The position numbers and the translations under genes are program-made. This document shows positions 25,643 through 40,136 of a stretch of DNA of 64,000 nucleotides, piece by piece. Each line of letters opens with the position of its first letter. Positions within the stretch are counted from its first letter, which is position 1. The notes under the pieces were generated by a model. The model was given only the letters and a program-made list of their open reading frames with translations. It ran no database searches and was not told the origin of the DNA. Origin of the DNA: Eledone cirrhosa (lineage: Eukaryota). The stretch is from positions 16,244,001-16,308,000 of the forward strand of contig OZ024764.1 in NCBI GenBank assembly GCA_964016885.1. The letters are read 5' to 3'.

Positions 25643-26490
25643 TAACCACAGAAACATATATATATATATATAATTGTTTATATATATATACATATAATAC
25701 CATATATATATATATATATACACAACCACAGAAACACATATATATATATACACAAACACACATATATATATACACACACAAACACATATATACATACATA
25801 TAATTATTTCTATATATATACATATAATAATACCATATTTATATATATATACACATATATACATACACACACATGTATAATAGTATACACACACACACAT
25901 ACATATATACATAGTTTATAGTTAAAGACCTGCTACTTTTGGCACAAGGCCAGCAATTACCCAGTGTATTACTGGTACTGCATATATATATATATATAAT
26001 AACACCATACATATGTAGGGAAAGAAATGTTTTCCCAGGGTTTCTGCTACTGACATGGCCAACAAAATATGACCTGTGACCCCCTGTTCCCTTATAAAAC
26101 CTACTCCCAATAGAAGCCCTAATATGCTGCTGCCCTATATAATCACTACCCTGAAAATATGTATGTGTATATATATGTATGTATGTATGTGTGTATATAT
26201 ATATGCAAGCGTGGAAGATGGACGTTAAGCGATGATGAAAATGATGTGTATATATATATATATATATATATGTGTATATCATCATCATCATCATTTAACG
26301 TCCATCTTCCACGCTTGCATGGGTTTGGACGAGATATATATATATATATATTTGTATGTATATGTCTGTATATATATATATATTTGTATGTATATGTCTG
26401 TATATATATATATATTTGTATGTATATGCCTGTATATATATATATTTGTATGTATGTGTATATATATATATATATATATATCATCATCAT
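24170..26490. repeat. Microsatellite-rich region (TATGCATTTG unit array, CA and TA runs)
   Basis: Visible repeats. Confidence 0.9.
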
Positions 26491-26724
26491 CTTCGTTTAA
26501 CGTCCATTTTCCACGCTAGCATGGGTTAGACGGCAGTTGTCCAACTTGAAGCAAGACTGGTCAGGTGACCATGTCTCGCTCATATAGGACTGTCTGGCAG
26601 GTTTTCTACGGCTGGATGCCCTTCCTAACACCAACCACATTTACAGTGTGGAACTGGGAGGTTTTTACCATGTTACCTACACAGCCACATTACAGCGTGG
26701 ACTGTGTTTTTTTTTCTTGTGACA

Positions 26725-26765
<41 letters not shown>

Positions 26766-27346
26766 TATATTATATTTAGAGTTATAAACTCAACCAGTCT
26801 TCAGTTATTACCAATATGGGTTTGTTTTATTGATTTATTATTTTAAATCGAGACAGGCAAACTGTATTAATTTAATTAGTATTTTTCAATCTAGCTAACT
26901 TGGTCATTTACAATACAAACACTAATATGTCTATATTGGTGTTTATCATATATTAATTTATATTAACTTATATATATTTATATATATGTATGTATGTATA
27001 TATATATATTTCATCCTTATGGGGATGTACTGGGGTCGATTTAATCGAATCTCTCTTCCTCCAAAATTGCAGGCCTTGTGCATCGGGTCTGCAAGAAGCT
27101 GACCATCGACCCCATACTCCTGCAGAACTTTCCACAGCAGGTTCCAACAAACCTGGTTATATGCCTTTTCAAGGTCAACAAAACAAGAATATATCTCTCA
27201 GCAATACTCCCACAACTTCTCAAAGAGCTGCTGCTGCTGTGTGAATCTGGGGTCAGTTGTGCTGTGTCCAGGGTGAAAACCACATTCTTCATCTCCTTGC
27301 ATCTCTTTGTCAGAGACTTGGCATTGATTGAACCCTTGTGACCAAA

Positions 27347-27677
27347 TGGCTTAGTGGTTAGAGCATTGGCCTTGCAATCGAAAGGTTGTGAGTTCAATTC
27401 TCAGACCGGGTGATGTGTTGTTTCCTTGAACAAGACACTTTATTTCCCATTGCTCCAGTTTACTCAGCTGTAGAAATGAGATGATAGGGACTGGGGTCCC
27501 TATCATTCCACTGCAAAGTGGTCGTGGAGGTGCCACGGCAAAAAAGCACCCAGCACTCACTGTAAATGAGGTTAGTGTTAGGAAGGGCATCCAGCTGTAG
27601 AAATCAAGCCAGAATCAGTTCCCGTCCCACCCTTGCAAGCAGGGAAAAGCAGACGTAAAATGATGATGATGATGATT
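27347..27677 (+). mobile_element. tRNA-derived SINE family B with RTE-shared 3' tail
   Basis: A box TGGCTTAGTGG, B box GTTCAATTC, central CCTTGAACAAGACACTT. 3' part matches the LINE UTR at ~55713-55862; (GAT)n tail. Confidence 0.9.
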
Positions 27678-27699
27678 ATATATATATATATATACATAA

Positions 27700-27890
27700 G
27701 GGCAGTAAATTGGCAGTATCGGTAGAGGGTCTGACATGCTTTCCAGCATAGAGTTACGGCCCATGACGATCTGAGTTCAAATCCCGCCGAGGTTAATTTT
27801 GCCTTTTATCCTTACAGGGTCGATAAAATAAAGTACCAGTAATGCACTGGGGTAATTGCTGGCCTTGTGCCTAAAGTAGAAACAATTATT
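27700..27890 (+). mobile_element. SINE family A
   Basis: Matches 48654-48842. Confidence 0.85.
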
Positions 27891-28124
27891 ATATATATAT
27901 ACACTCATGTATGTGCACACAGATAGATACAAATGTATGTATATATATATATATATATACACATATATATATATATACACACGTGTGTGTGTGTGTTAAG
28001 TATTTCCGTAGAAAGGGTAAAGGAAAAAAAGAGTGCTCTATGTATAGAGCAGAGCTATTTAATTACATAATAAACAACACATATGAATATTTCAAGAAAC
28101 ATCCAGTTCAATTGTCAGACAAAA

Positions 28125-28167
<43 letters not shown>

Positions 28168-28436
28168 TTTGTCTCATTTACATTATGTATGTATATAACT
28201 TTAACATTGATAACTTTCGGCCAGTATTGGCCCAGGCCATGTCTAACTTAATAGCACCACCTGGCGAAGTCTTTCAAATCGGGGTTTGGGCACCATGGCC
28301 CACTCGAGCAGAGAGTTATTGTTTATGGAGGCATATCCGGGTGTAGGAGGTTTATCCGGGATTTCTTGAAGGAATTTGTCCAAAGACTTCTTGATCTTGA
28401 TGGGGCCTATTTTTGTTTTAATGTGTTTTGGTAATA

Positions 28437-28719
28437 CAGAGTACCCGACCTCCCATGGGTACAAGCTGAACCATATAGACAATATGCCCCCACACCCTCC
28501 CACTGTAAAGTGGACGTGTAGGCGCCACGGAAAAAAGCACCCAGCCCTCACTGTAAATGAGGTTGGTGTTAGGAAGGGCATCCAGCTGTTGAAATCAAGC
28601 CAAAATCAGTTCCTGTATGAGCAAGACAAGGTCAGCCGACCAGACACTGCCCACAACAGGACAACCCGTCTAACCCATGCTAGCGTGGAAGAACGGACGT
28701 AAAACGGTGATGATGATGT
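28437..28719 (+). mobile_element. RTE LINE 3'-UTR fragment, adjacent to an antisense CR1-like 3' end at ~28240-28436
   Basis: Near-identical to 55640-55983. The adjacent minus-strand frame reads KKSLDKFLQEIPDKP. Confidence 0.85.
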
Positions 28720-30879
28720 AATGTTAAAGAGAGCGGAGCCAATTGAGGTGAGGTGAAATAATTGTGCCGTATTGTTGTTATGAGATGCGAGTGAGATTTT
28801 TGTCGTGGGCGGATAGCACGGGACCCAAGCCTTGGGTGTACCTTAAAGGTGATGCTAACATCATTTGGGCAAAGCTGATGGAATATTTTCCACATCATGC
28901 AGCACTAACGGTGAAGTTATCAAAGTAAAGTTATATATACATAAACATTCTTTATCTCATATGTATGTATGTATGTATATATATATATATATACATAAAC
29001 ATTCTTTATCTCATATGTATGTATGTATGTATATATATATATATATATCCTGCAGGACTAAAAACAAAACCTGTCAAAGGGCAAAGGAGCTCTTTAGAGT
29101 CAATGGCCATCCAAAATCACCGGGAGAGATGACCCCTTAGCCTTTGTCAAGGCAGAATTCTAGGAGAAGGAAAACTCTGATATAACACCTGCAACCCTGA
29201 TGGTATCCAATGATGTTGACTTGTTCTTCTTTTTGGTAAATATCATCTTGGTTAAGAGAGTGGGACTGGCTTTGTGCAGTGCCTTTGCTCACTATAAAAG
29301 CTTCACAGCACAGGCATTGCTTTATATCTGGAGATCTCTCTGCACTTGCCCTCACATGGTACCATGGGCCCTGCACTATGTGTCAATAATTGTCACAACT
29401 GTAGTGTTTGTACCAGAGTTTTCAAGTCGCTGGCTGGACTAAAAAGTCACACTCGTTCAGCGCATTGGTAGGGGTTCTCCTACATGGATATAAAGTAGTG
29501 GCCGTACTCGAAAACGAGTTGGCAGCCACCATATATATATATATATATACACATTCTTTATCTCATATATGTATATATATATATATATGTAAAGTTATGT
29601 TGGTACCACAACATCCAGTCCGAAACAAATGAGGTCGTGTAGGTGTCACGACAAAAAAACACAGTCCACGCTGTAATGTGGCCGTGTAGGTAACACGGTA
29701 AAAACCTCCCAGTCCACACTGTAAACGTGGTTGGTGTTAGGAAGGGCATCCAGCCATAGAAAACCCGCCAGACAGTCCTATACGAGCAGGACAACCAATC
29801 TTGCCTCAAGTGGGAAACCTCCCGTCCAAACCCATGCAAGCGTGGAAGATGGACGTTAAACGATGATGATGATGATGATGATATATATATATACACATTC
29901 TTTATCTCATATATGTGTATATATATATATATACAATTGAATATATGAGAGGGATGAACTCCGATACAAGTCTACATGTGTTCCAATGTCAAATGATCAT
30001 TGTATTACATGGCTCGGAAAGATTCCCTTCCTTGAGCTATTTAATTGTAAAAGACTATCTTGAGTTTCTAACTCAATCTATCTCATATATATATATATAT
30101 ATACATTCTTTATCTTATATATATATATATTCTTTATCTTATATATATATATATTCTTTATCTTATATATATATATATTCTTTATCTCATATATATATAT
30201 ATATACACACATTCTTTATCTCATATATATATATTTATATATACATTCTTTATCTCATATTTTCATCTCCCACAAATCCATCATCACCATCATCATCTGG
30301 CAGGAATATATTTATATATATTTATATAAATTTTTTTTAATCTAAAGAAATATAAATGTGTGGTGAATTTTACATGAAATCTGTATTTGGAACTAGTTGT
30401 ACATAATACTAACACCAATAGTAATAAACGGTAAGAGATCATCTGGAGAGTTTTCGAGTTATTTATTGAGCAGAATTAAATTTCTATGATTTAGGTCGTT
30501 GTGTATGCTCGTCATCATCATCACCGCCATCATCATCATCACCGCCACCATCATTGTCATCATCATCATCATCAACACTAACATAGTCATCATAGTCATT
30601 ATCATCACTGTTTAATGTCCATATGTTAGACCAGTGATTTTGAATGTGTGCCTGAGAAATGTTTTAAAAGGGGCCAGGAGTTAGCCCAAGGAAAATAGGC
30701 AGGCTTTGAAATTTTTTTTTTCACTGGTGTAAAATTATGTGGGCCTGATGGCATCTAAAGTTGTGAAACACTGGGTTAGACAGATGTCGTGTGCTGAGTC
30801 CTGACTAGGCAGGTGACTAGGTCCTGCTTTCTACAGCTGGCTGCCCTTCCTAACACCAACATTACATGTACTTGGAACA

Positions 30880-31140
30880 TAGACAGGGGTGTAGAGTCTG
30901 TCCTGTGTCTGAGAGGTACAGCTGAGATATACCACCTAGACTGGGGTGTAGTGTCTGAGAGTCACAGCTGAGATATACCACCTAGACTGGGGTGTAGTGT
31001 CTGAGAGTCACAGCTGAGATATACCACCTAGACTGGGGTGTAGAGTCTATCCTGTGTCTGAGAGGTACAGCTGAGATATACCACCTAGACTGGGGTGTAG
31101 TCTTCCCTGTGTTTGTGTGAGAGACATAGCTGAGATATTC
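30880..31140. repeat. 46/62-bp tandem repeat
   Basis: CAGCTGAGATATACCACCTAGACTGGGGTGTAG x4-5. Confidence 0.9.
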
Positions 31141-32239
31141 ATTCCAGTGCACATTGGTCCATAACAAAACAGGTAGAGACAATTATTTCTTGAGGCAAAT
31201 TACACAAATACAAAGTGCACAAGAGCTTAGCCAAAGGAGCAACAAATAGAAAGGAGAGAAATAGTAAAATAGAACAACACTGAGGTGTAGAAAAGGTATG
31301 AAGGAAGAATAGGGGAAAACATGCCAGGCGGTGTGATGTCTATTATATGGTAGTTTCAAAAAGTCCTACATATATATATATAATATATTTCTATGTGGGG
31401 TTATAATATATTTTGTAAAAAAAAAGTGGTTTAGCACATTACAATAAGACAATGTAGAAAATCTGTGTGTATATATATATGTATATATTATTATAATTTG
31501 GGAGGGTCATGCTGCCAATAAGCGTGACAATACCTGTTTCAACATAAGAAATTTTGCAAAACAAATTCAAAAATGAAATATATATATATACATATCTCTA
31601 CGAAACCAAATTGTAAAATAATAATATAAAATCAAATTAAATTGTTTAGAACTACAAGTGAAGTCATTCTTTCCCTTTTTTTAAATATACCTAACTAGCA
31701 AAGATGTGACACATTTTCCAATATATATATACACACACACATACTGGTTCCATACAATCAAGTAAGTAGCTACAGTATGGCCACAGTATAACAACTGAAA
31801 TCAGTAAAAAGAATAAGAGTTGTGTGTGCCATTTCGTAAAAACTAAACTGAAACATGTTTTGACATAAACCAAGGTTAAACTAGAATGACCCCCCCCCAC
31901 ACACACACACAACATGGATTCCAACACCTTTATCAACTCAGGTATCATTTCTGTGATAACAACTGACCTTACACTCGCAGCTGTTCATTTTAAAACGTTC
32001 ATATTTAAATTAATATCTTCCATTAACCTTTTCATTGTTTTGTTCATACTAGGGCAGTATATTGGCAGAATTGGTAGAGTGTTGGACAAACAGCAGCTTA
32101 ATATTTGTTCTGGTTGTTTAGGTTATGTGTTCAAATCCCATGTCTTTCATCCTCCATTTGTTAATAAAATAAAGTACCAGTCATGTACTTAAGTCGGTTC
32201 TGTTCTAAGCCGAATTCTCATCAGGTCGATGTTTTTCTC

Positions 32240-32950
32240 CAGTTTCCTTAGCGTTGAGCGACTGAGAGTACAAGATTCTCCCTGGATAGGACACCAGTCT
32301 ATCACAGGATTAACTCCTACCTACTGCAGGTGCTTATCTCTGGTTTCCTTGGCATTAAGTGACTGAGAGTACAAGACTCTCTCTGGATAGGACACCAGTC
32401 TATCGCAGGATTAACTCCCTACCTACTGCAGGTGCTTATCTCTGGTTTCCTTGGCATTAAGGTACAAGACTCTCTCTGGATAGGACACCAGTCTATCGCG
32501 GGGTTAACTCCCTACCTACTGCAGGTGCTTATCTCTGGTTTCCTTGGCATTAAGGTACAAGACTCTCTCTGGATAGGACACCAGTCTATCGCGGGGTTAA
32601 CTCCCTACCTACTGCAGGTGCTTATCTCTGGTTTCCTTGGCATTAAGTGACTGAGAGTACAAGACTCTCCCTGAATAGGACACCAGTCTATCGCGGGATT
32701 AACTCCCTACCTACTGCAGGTGCTTATCTCTGGTTTCCTTGGCATTAAGCGACAGAGAGTACAAGACTCTCGCTTGATAGGACACCAGTCTATCGCAGGA
32801 TTAACTCGCCAGCTTCTGTTGGTACTCAGTGTACTGGAGCAATGGGAAATAAAGTGCCTTGCTCAAGAACACAACAAAGCAGCCTGTCTAGGTATTGAAC
32901 CAATGATGTTACGATTGTACGGCACGCATCCTAACCATCAGGCCATGTGG
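32240..32950 (-). mobile_element. SINE with tandemly amplified 3' region (~95-105-bp units x5)
   Basis: tRNA-like head at 32860-32950 on minus; repeated GTACAAGACTCTCTCTGGATAGGACACCAGTCTATCGC. Confidence 0.8.
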
Positions 32951-34496
32951 GGTTGATATGATAGACTTTCTTCTCCCCTTAAATTGCTGGCCTTGTGCTA
33001 ATATCAGAAACAATATATGTTCATATCCCAAACCCAGTTCATTATCATTGTTCAATGTCTGCTTTCCCTGCTAGCAAGGGTTGGATGGGTCTACATAGAC
33101 CAAGTCAGTACCGAAGTGGGGTCTACAGACCTCCTAGTCAGGCCAGGAGAGGGAGCATCAACATCTTACATGTGATCACACATTCTACTGAGTGAACAGG
33201 AGGGCTTGTCATGTCTTTGACACAACTGAAGGGACCTCCGACCCTTTGTTTAGCAAGCTTTCTATGGCTGGATGCCCTTCCTATCCTCAACGTGATGTGT
33301 TTATCATGTAGATCACCAACACTAGAGAGGCTGTCATATCCTTGACACAACTGAAGGGTCCTCCCAACCCTTTGTTTGGTAAGCTTTCTATGACTGGATG
33401 CCCTTCCTATCACCAACCACCTTACAGCATGTACTGGGTGTGTTTATAATAATATATAATATAATGGAATTATTGTGTACAGTGCTCGGGTGCACTACAA
33501 CTCATCAAAGGTGCATGTATGGTGCATAGAATAATGTACTCATGTCAGGTAAGTGAACGGTGTATGAGTCATGATATACATGTGTGTGTGTGTGGAGGTT
33601 GTCAAGGATGCAGGTAGATCACCAACACAAAGGAAGTTGTTATGTCTTTGACACAACTGAAGGGTCATCCCAACCCTTTGCTTGGCAGTTATTTGACTAT
33701 GGTACCCCTACCACTCCAGCAGGGGTTACAGTACTCTACGTAAATACATGTTAGAAATGCAGTCACAAAAATGATAAGAATTTATGAAATGAATATAAAC
33801 GGGTTGGGTTTGTTTTTTATATGACACCTGTATCAGGTGAGATGGGGGGAGAAGGGGTGAGAGAAGGTGTACAAGAGTGAGTGAGAGGGAGGGAGGGAGA
33901 GCATGAGAAAGTGTGAGTTAGGGAGGGGGGAGCACGAGAGAGAGAGTTTTGTGATAACCAGTTTGAGAGCCACGGCAGGTTTTATCTTACAAAGTAATCC
34001 ATTTTAAACTATTCTTGATTCCTGTCATGTTCACACATGTATGTCCTTATAATAATTGTTTCTAATTTTGGCACAAGGCCAGCAATTACCCAGTACATTA
34101 CTGGTACTTTATTTTATCGACCCCTGTAAGGATGAAAGGCAAAGCTAACCTCGGCACATAAAGAGCCATAGCTCTATGCTTAACCAATGTGTGTTTGTCA
34201 GTCATGTACTAGAGATGACTGAGGAAGGAAGGGGTGATTACGTCGACTGCTACAGAACCTTTGTTAAGTTATGTTCCAAACACCAACAGTGTCTTTCATT
34301 AGAAATATGGCAATGAAAGGGTTAAGGTGTTTATATTTATGTAAGAACCTTTGTTAAGTTATGTTCCAAACACCAACAGTGTCTTTCATTAGAAATATTG
34401 CAATGAAAGGGTTAAAGTGTTTATATTTATCTAAAAATCTTCCATCATAATTTTATGCAAGAACCTTTGTTAAGTTATGTTCCAAACACTAGCTTA

Positions 34497-34690
34497 ATAA
34501 TTGTTTCTACTTTTGGCACAAGGCCAGCAATTACCCCAGTACATTACTGGTACTTTATTTTATCGACCTCGTAAGGATGAAAGGCAAAGTTAACCTCAGC
34601 GGGATTTGAAACTCAGACCGTAAAGGGCCGTAACTCTATGCTGCAAAGCATAGCGTCCGACCCTCTACCGATACTGCCCATCCACTGCCA
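34497..34690 (-). mobile_element. SINE family A (further partial copies ~4353-4440, 19755-19853, 22171-22300, 34053-34156, 39285-39468, 47898-48181, 49821-50008)
   Basis: GCCTTTCATCCTTACGGGGTCGATAAAATAAAGTACCAG core. Confidence 0.9.
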
Positions 34691-34981
34691 TTAACAATGA
34701 GAAAGTTTTATATCTAAATCCCTACAAATTCTTGATTACTTTCTAAATTATTTGAAAATCATAGGGGACAGTGTCCTTCTTGAGAAACTAAGAAACGCAG
34801 GAGTCCGTCTGGTGCTCAGTGACATATTCTCTTTGCAAAATTCATGGCTGAAAGATTTTCTTTTTAAACTCATGGAAATTATTCAACCATGAAAGGCTAC
34901 ATATATTTATGTCCTGAAAATAGCATTTATTTTCGTCTAGTAATTACATAGGTGAGAGAGTATATGCACACATACATAATG

Positions 34982-35061
<80 letters not shown>

Positions 35062-35254
35062 GTAAATGAAAGTATAGAAATTGTTGTGAGCGTGAAGCCA
35101 ACAGTATTTCACAATAAATAAGAAACTATAACGTCAAAATGGAAAAATAGTTAACGCAAGATGGGGGAAAATAATTCAAACTTAATTCAAAGAAAATCAA
35201 GACATAGATTAATCCATTGAATTTTGTGAAATCCAGGGTTAGGGTTAGGGTTCA

Positions 35255-35598
35255 CACATACTGAAGTATGCATGTGTATATATACACACACATGTACTGA
35301 AGAATGTATGTGTATAGATATACATACATATTCACACATACTGAGGTATATGTATGTATATATACTTCAGTATATATATATATACACACACATATACTTC
35401 AGTATATATATATATACATACATACTGAAGTATGTGTGTGTGTGTGTATATATATATATACACACACATATACTTCAGTATATATATATATACATACATA
35501 CTGAAGTATGTGTGTGTATGTGTATGTATATATACTTCAGTATATATATCAGTAATGCACTGGGTAATTGCTGGCCTTGTGCCTAAAGTAGAAACAAG

Positions 35599-35631
<33 letters not shown>

Positions 35632-35756
35632 TTCAGTATATATATATATATACACATACATACTGAAGTATGTGCGTGTGTGTGTATATATATATATATA
35701 CACACACACATATACTTCAGTATATATATATATATATACACATACATACTGAAGTA

Positions 35757-35790
<34 letters not shown>

Positions 35791-35920
35791 CACACACACA
35801 TATACTTCAGTATATATATATATACACATACATACTGAAGTATGTGTGTGTGTGTGTGTATATATATATAAACACACACATATACTTCAGTATATATATA
35901 TATATACACATAGATACTGA

Positions 35921-35952
<32 letters not shown>

Positions 35953-36008
35953 CACACACACATATACTTCAGTATATATATATATATATACACATACATA
36001 CTGAAGTA

Positions 36009-36040
<32 letters not shown>

Positions 36041-36065
36041 CACATATATACTGAGGTATGTATGA
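35255..36065. repeat. Palindromic compound microsatellite (TACTTCAGTA / TACTGAAGTA alternating)
   Basis: Alternating reverse-complement anchors separated by TA/CA/TG runs. Confidence 0.9.
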
Positions 36066-36280
36066 AATTTAATGCATCATGGAGTGATAATGCTAGATTG
36101 AGACAAGTGAAAGAAGTACAGTTAATTGGATCAAGGAAACTCGACTTGTGAGTGAAAGCTCTGTTTAAATTATTGATTCAGTGTGTGGAGACCTGCCCTA
36201 CTTTTGCTAGCAGAGAAAACAGACATTAACCCTTTCATGACCACATTTCTAATGAAATACACTCTGTTTCAATGAATTAA

Positions 36281-37558
36281 CTTTTTAGCATTCATATTAC
36301 TTTATATATACTATTGTATTTTCACAGTAAAGGCTTTACCTCACATAATACCTCACATAACATTTACATTACTCTATATATACTATTGTATTTTCACAGT
36401 AAAGGCTTTACCTCACATATCTCACATAACATTTACATTATATATACTATTGTATTTTCACAGTAAAGGCTTTACCTCACATAATATCTCACATAACATT
36501 TACATTACTCTATATATACTATTGTATTTTCACAGTAAAGGCTTTACCTCACATATCTCACATAACATTTACATTATATATACTATTGTATTTTCACAGT
36601 AAAGGCTTTACCTCACATAACATTTACATTACTCTATATATACTATTGTATTTTCACAGTAAAGGCTTTACCTCACATAACATTTACATTACTCTATATA
36701 TACTATTGTATTTTCACAGTAAAGGCTTTACCTCACATAATATCTCACATAACATTTACATTACTCTATATATACTATTGTATTTTCACAGTAAAGACTT
36801 TACCTCACATAATATCTCACATAACATTTACATTACTCTATATATACTATTGTATTTTCACAGTAAAGGCTTTACCTCACATAATACCTCACATAACATA
36901 TACATTACTCTATATATACTATTGTATTTTCACAGTAAAGGCTTTACCTCACATATCTCACATAACATTTACATTATATATACTATTGTATTTTCACAGT
37001 AAAGGCTTTACCTCACATAATATCTCACATAACATTTACATTACTCTATATATACTATTGTATTTTCACAGTAAAGGCTTTACCTCACATATCTCACATA
37101 ACATTTACATTATATATACTATTGTATTTTCACAGTAAAGGCTTTACCTCACATAACATTTACATTACTCTATATATACTATTGTATTTTCACAGTAAAG
37201 GCTTTACCTCACATAACATTTACATTACTCTATATATACTATTGTATTTTCACAGTAAAGGCTTTACCTCACATAATATCTCACATAACATTTACATTAC
37301 TCTATATATACTATTGTATTTTCACAGTAAAGACTTTACCTCACATAATATCTCACATAACATTTACATTACTCTATATATACTATTGTATTTTCACAGT
37401 AAAGGCTTTACCTCACAATATCGAATCTATGAGATTTAGATATTATTTATTTTGAGAACAATACCTTAAGATCAATATGAGTGGCTGGTTACAGCCGGTT
37501 TGAACAGAAACAGGTGAGATAGTTCTGGACGGATATGGCCAGTTTAAATGCTAAAGGG
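36281..37558 (+). mobile_element. piggyBac-type MITE with internal 72-bp VNTR
   Basis: Degenerate TTAA-CTTTTTAGCATT left end and AATGCTAAAGGG right end; same body as 50741-52178. Confidence 0.8.
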
Positions 37559-37719
37559 TAAATGAAGAATTTTAAGGGATTTATGAAAATTATTAATTAT
37601 TTCATTACTTAATGTAAGGTTCTTATATAAAATTATGTTGGAAGATTTTAATATAAATTAGAAACCTTTAAAATTGGTGGTTTTATTTCATGGTCGGTTA
37701 GGTTGAAAAGGTCTATCGA

Positions 37720-38212
37720 CATTAGAAGAGATGTTCCAGAAAATTCTAGAAGCCAGGGAGAAGCGAGAGATATTCCAGAAATTTCTATAAGAAGCCAGCC
37801 AGGGATATTCTAGAAGCCAAAGATGTTTCAGAAAATTCTAGAAGCCAGGGAGAAGCCAGAGATATTCCAGAAGTTTCTAGAAGCCGCCAGGGAGAAGCCA
37901 GAAATTTCTAGAAAAAGCCAGCCAGAGATATTCTAGAAGCCAAAGATGTTTCAGAAACTTAAGATGTTCCAGAAAATTCTAGAAGAAGCCAGGGAGAAGC
38001 CAGAGATATTCCAGAAATTTCTAGAAAAAGCCAGCCAGGGATATTCCAGAAGCCAAAGCTGTTTCAGGAACTTAAGATGTTCCAGAAATTTCTAGAAAAA
38101 GCCAGCCAGGGATATTCCAGAAGCCAAAGCTGTTTCAGGAACTTAAGATGTTCCAGAAAATTCTAGGAGAAGCCAGAGATATTCCAGAAAAAGCCGGCCA
38201 GGGATATTCCAG
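37720..38212. repeat. Diverged tandem repeat directly downstream of the FN3K stop codon
   Basis: GAAGCCAG(GGA)GATATTCCAGAAATTTCTA modules. Confidence 0.85.
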
Positions 38213-38219
38213 CACTGTA

Positions 38220-38295
38220 TTAAACATTAAGGTCCTTGACCAGTCCCTTAAGGATTGATAGACTTGACTGTTGGTAACCACCACCAAAATGATTC
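38220..38295 (-). CDS. FN3K: Fructosamine/ketosamine-3-kinase, exon 8 (last)
   Basis: accag|G-NHFGGGYQQSSLSILKGLVKDLNV*; completes the NHWNHFG motif with matching phase. Confidence 0.92.
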
Positions 38296-38708
38296 CTGGT
38301 GTAAAGAAAACAGAACAAAGAAAAAACTTAATTTTTATGAGATGACATTAATGTTCCACTTAGGTGAATAAATACACACACAAATATATATATCATCATT
38401 GTTTAACGTCCATCTTCCACGCTAGCATGGGTTAGACGGTTTTGTTCCATTTGATGAGGGAATGATCGAGAGACCATGTCTTGCTCGTACGGAAGTGTTT
38501 CTGGCAGGTTTTTTTTTACAGCTGGATGCCCTTCCTAACACCAACCACATTTACAGTGTGGACTGGGAGGTTTTTACCGTGTTACCTACACGGCCACATT
38601 ACAGCGTGGACTGTGTGTTTTTTTTTTGTCGTGACACCTACAAGACCTCTTTAGTTTGGACTGGATGTTGTGGTACCAACATATCTTTACAAAGAAAAGA
38701 GTGGTGTT

Positions 38709-39280
38709 GAAGGCTTTACCTCACATAATATCTCACATAACATTTACATTACTCTATATATACTATTGTATTGTCACAGTAAAGGCTTTACCTCACATAA
38801 TATCTCACATAACATTTACATTACTCTATATATACTATTGTATTGTCACAGTAAAGGCTTTACCTCACATAATATCTCACATAACATTTACATTACTCTA
38901 TATATACTATTGTATTTTCACAGTAAAGGCTTTACCTCACATAATATCTCACATAACATTTACATTACTCTATATATACTATTGTATTTTCACAGTAAAG
39001 GCTTTACCTCACATAATATCTCACATAACATTTACATTACTCTATATATACTATTGTATTGTCACAGTAAAGGCTTTACCTCACATAATATCGAATCTAT
39101 GAGATGTTGAAAGTCCTTAACATCAGTTTGAGTGACCAGTTAAAGCCAGTTTCAACAAAAAGCGGTAGAGAATTCTGGTCGGTTTTGGCCGGTTTGAACA
39201 CTAAAAGTGTGAGCGGCTGGTTTGAACAGATATAGGTGAGAGAGTCCTGGCCGGTTATGGCCGGTTTAGATGCTAAAGGG
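38709..39280 (+). mobile_element. piggyBac-type VNTR MITE, left end truncated
   Basis: 72-bp units, then TGCTAAAGGG-TTAA (39281-39284). Confidence 0.8.
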
Positions 39281-39589
39281 TTAAGATGGTGAGGAATCGG
39301 TAGAGCGTCAGACAACATGCTTAATGGCATAGGGCTTCGCCCCTTTACAATCTCAGTTCAAATCCCGCCGAGGTTAACTTTGCCTTTCATCCTTACGGGG
39401 TCAATAAAATACAGTACCAGTAATACACTGGGATTTTTGCTGGCCTTGTGCCAAAAGTAGAAACAATTCTTCTTTGCCTTTTTTCCTCCTCCTCACTTAT
39501 TCCTGAGAGTCGGTGGGGGCAGAATCCTGAAACACTCCTTCCAATGGGTCCTGGCAGAAACATCCATCTCCAATTGATCCAGCTGGCTC

Positions 39590-39948
39590 AGATCAATACA
39601 GAACTAATCACAGATCAATACAGAACTAATAACTAATCAATACAGAACAAATCAGATCAACACAGGACTGATCACTGATCAATAAAGAACTGATCAGATC
39701 AATATAGAGCTGATCAGATCAATATAGAGTTGATCAGATCAATATAGAACTGATCAGATCAATATAGAACTGATCAGATCAATATAGAACTGATCAGATC
39801 AATATAGAACTGATCAGATCAATATAGAGCTGATCAGATCAATATAGAACTGATCAGATCAATATAGAACTGATCAGATCAATATAGAACTGATCAGATC
39901 AATATAGAGCTGATCAGATCAATAAAGAACTGATCACAGATCAATACA
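39590..39948. repeat. 20-bp minisatellite in FN3K intron 7
   Basis: AATATAGAACTGATCAGATC x ~14. Confidence 0.95.
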
Positions 39949-39961
39949 CTAAAATACTCAC

Positions 39962-40136
39962 CAGTGGTTCATATAGTGAAATAACTGGTACAGATTTGCA
40001 CGTAGCTTAAACTTTGGAGCTTCGGGGATCAATTTGTGATAACTCTCAAAGAACGACCTTGGAAATCCACCAAACATCTTCGCAATGGCGAGTTCATATT
40101 CTGAGTGTCCATAGAACGACGCTGGATCAAATATCA
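39962..40136 (-). CDS. FN3K: Fructosamine/ketosamine-3-kinase, exon 7
   Basis: [23 protein letters not shown]...[10 protein letters not shown]; tttcag acceptor, GTGAGT donor. Confidence 0.95.

Noticed and set aside
35235-35252. Interstitial telomeric (TTAGGG) repeat
   Set aside because: Only about 3 units, too short to interpret.
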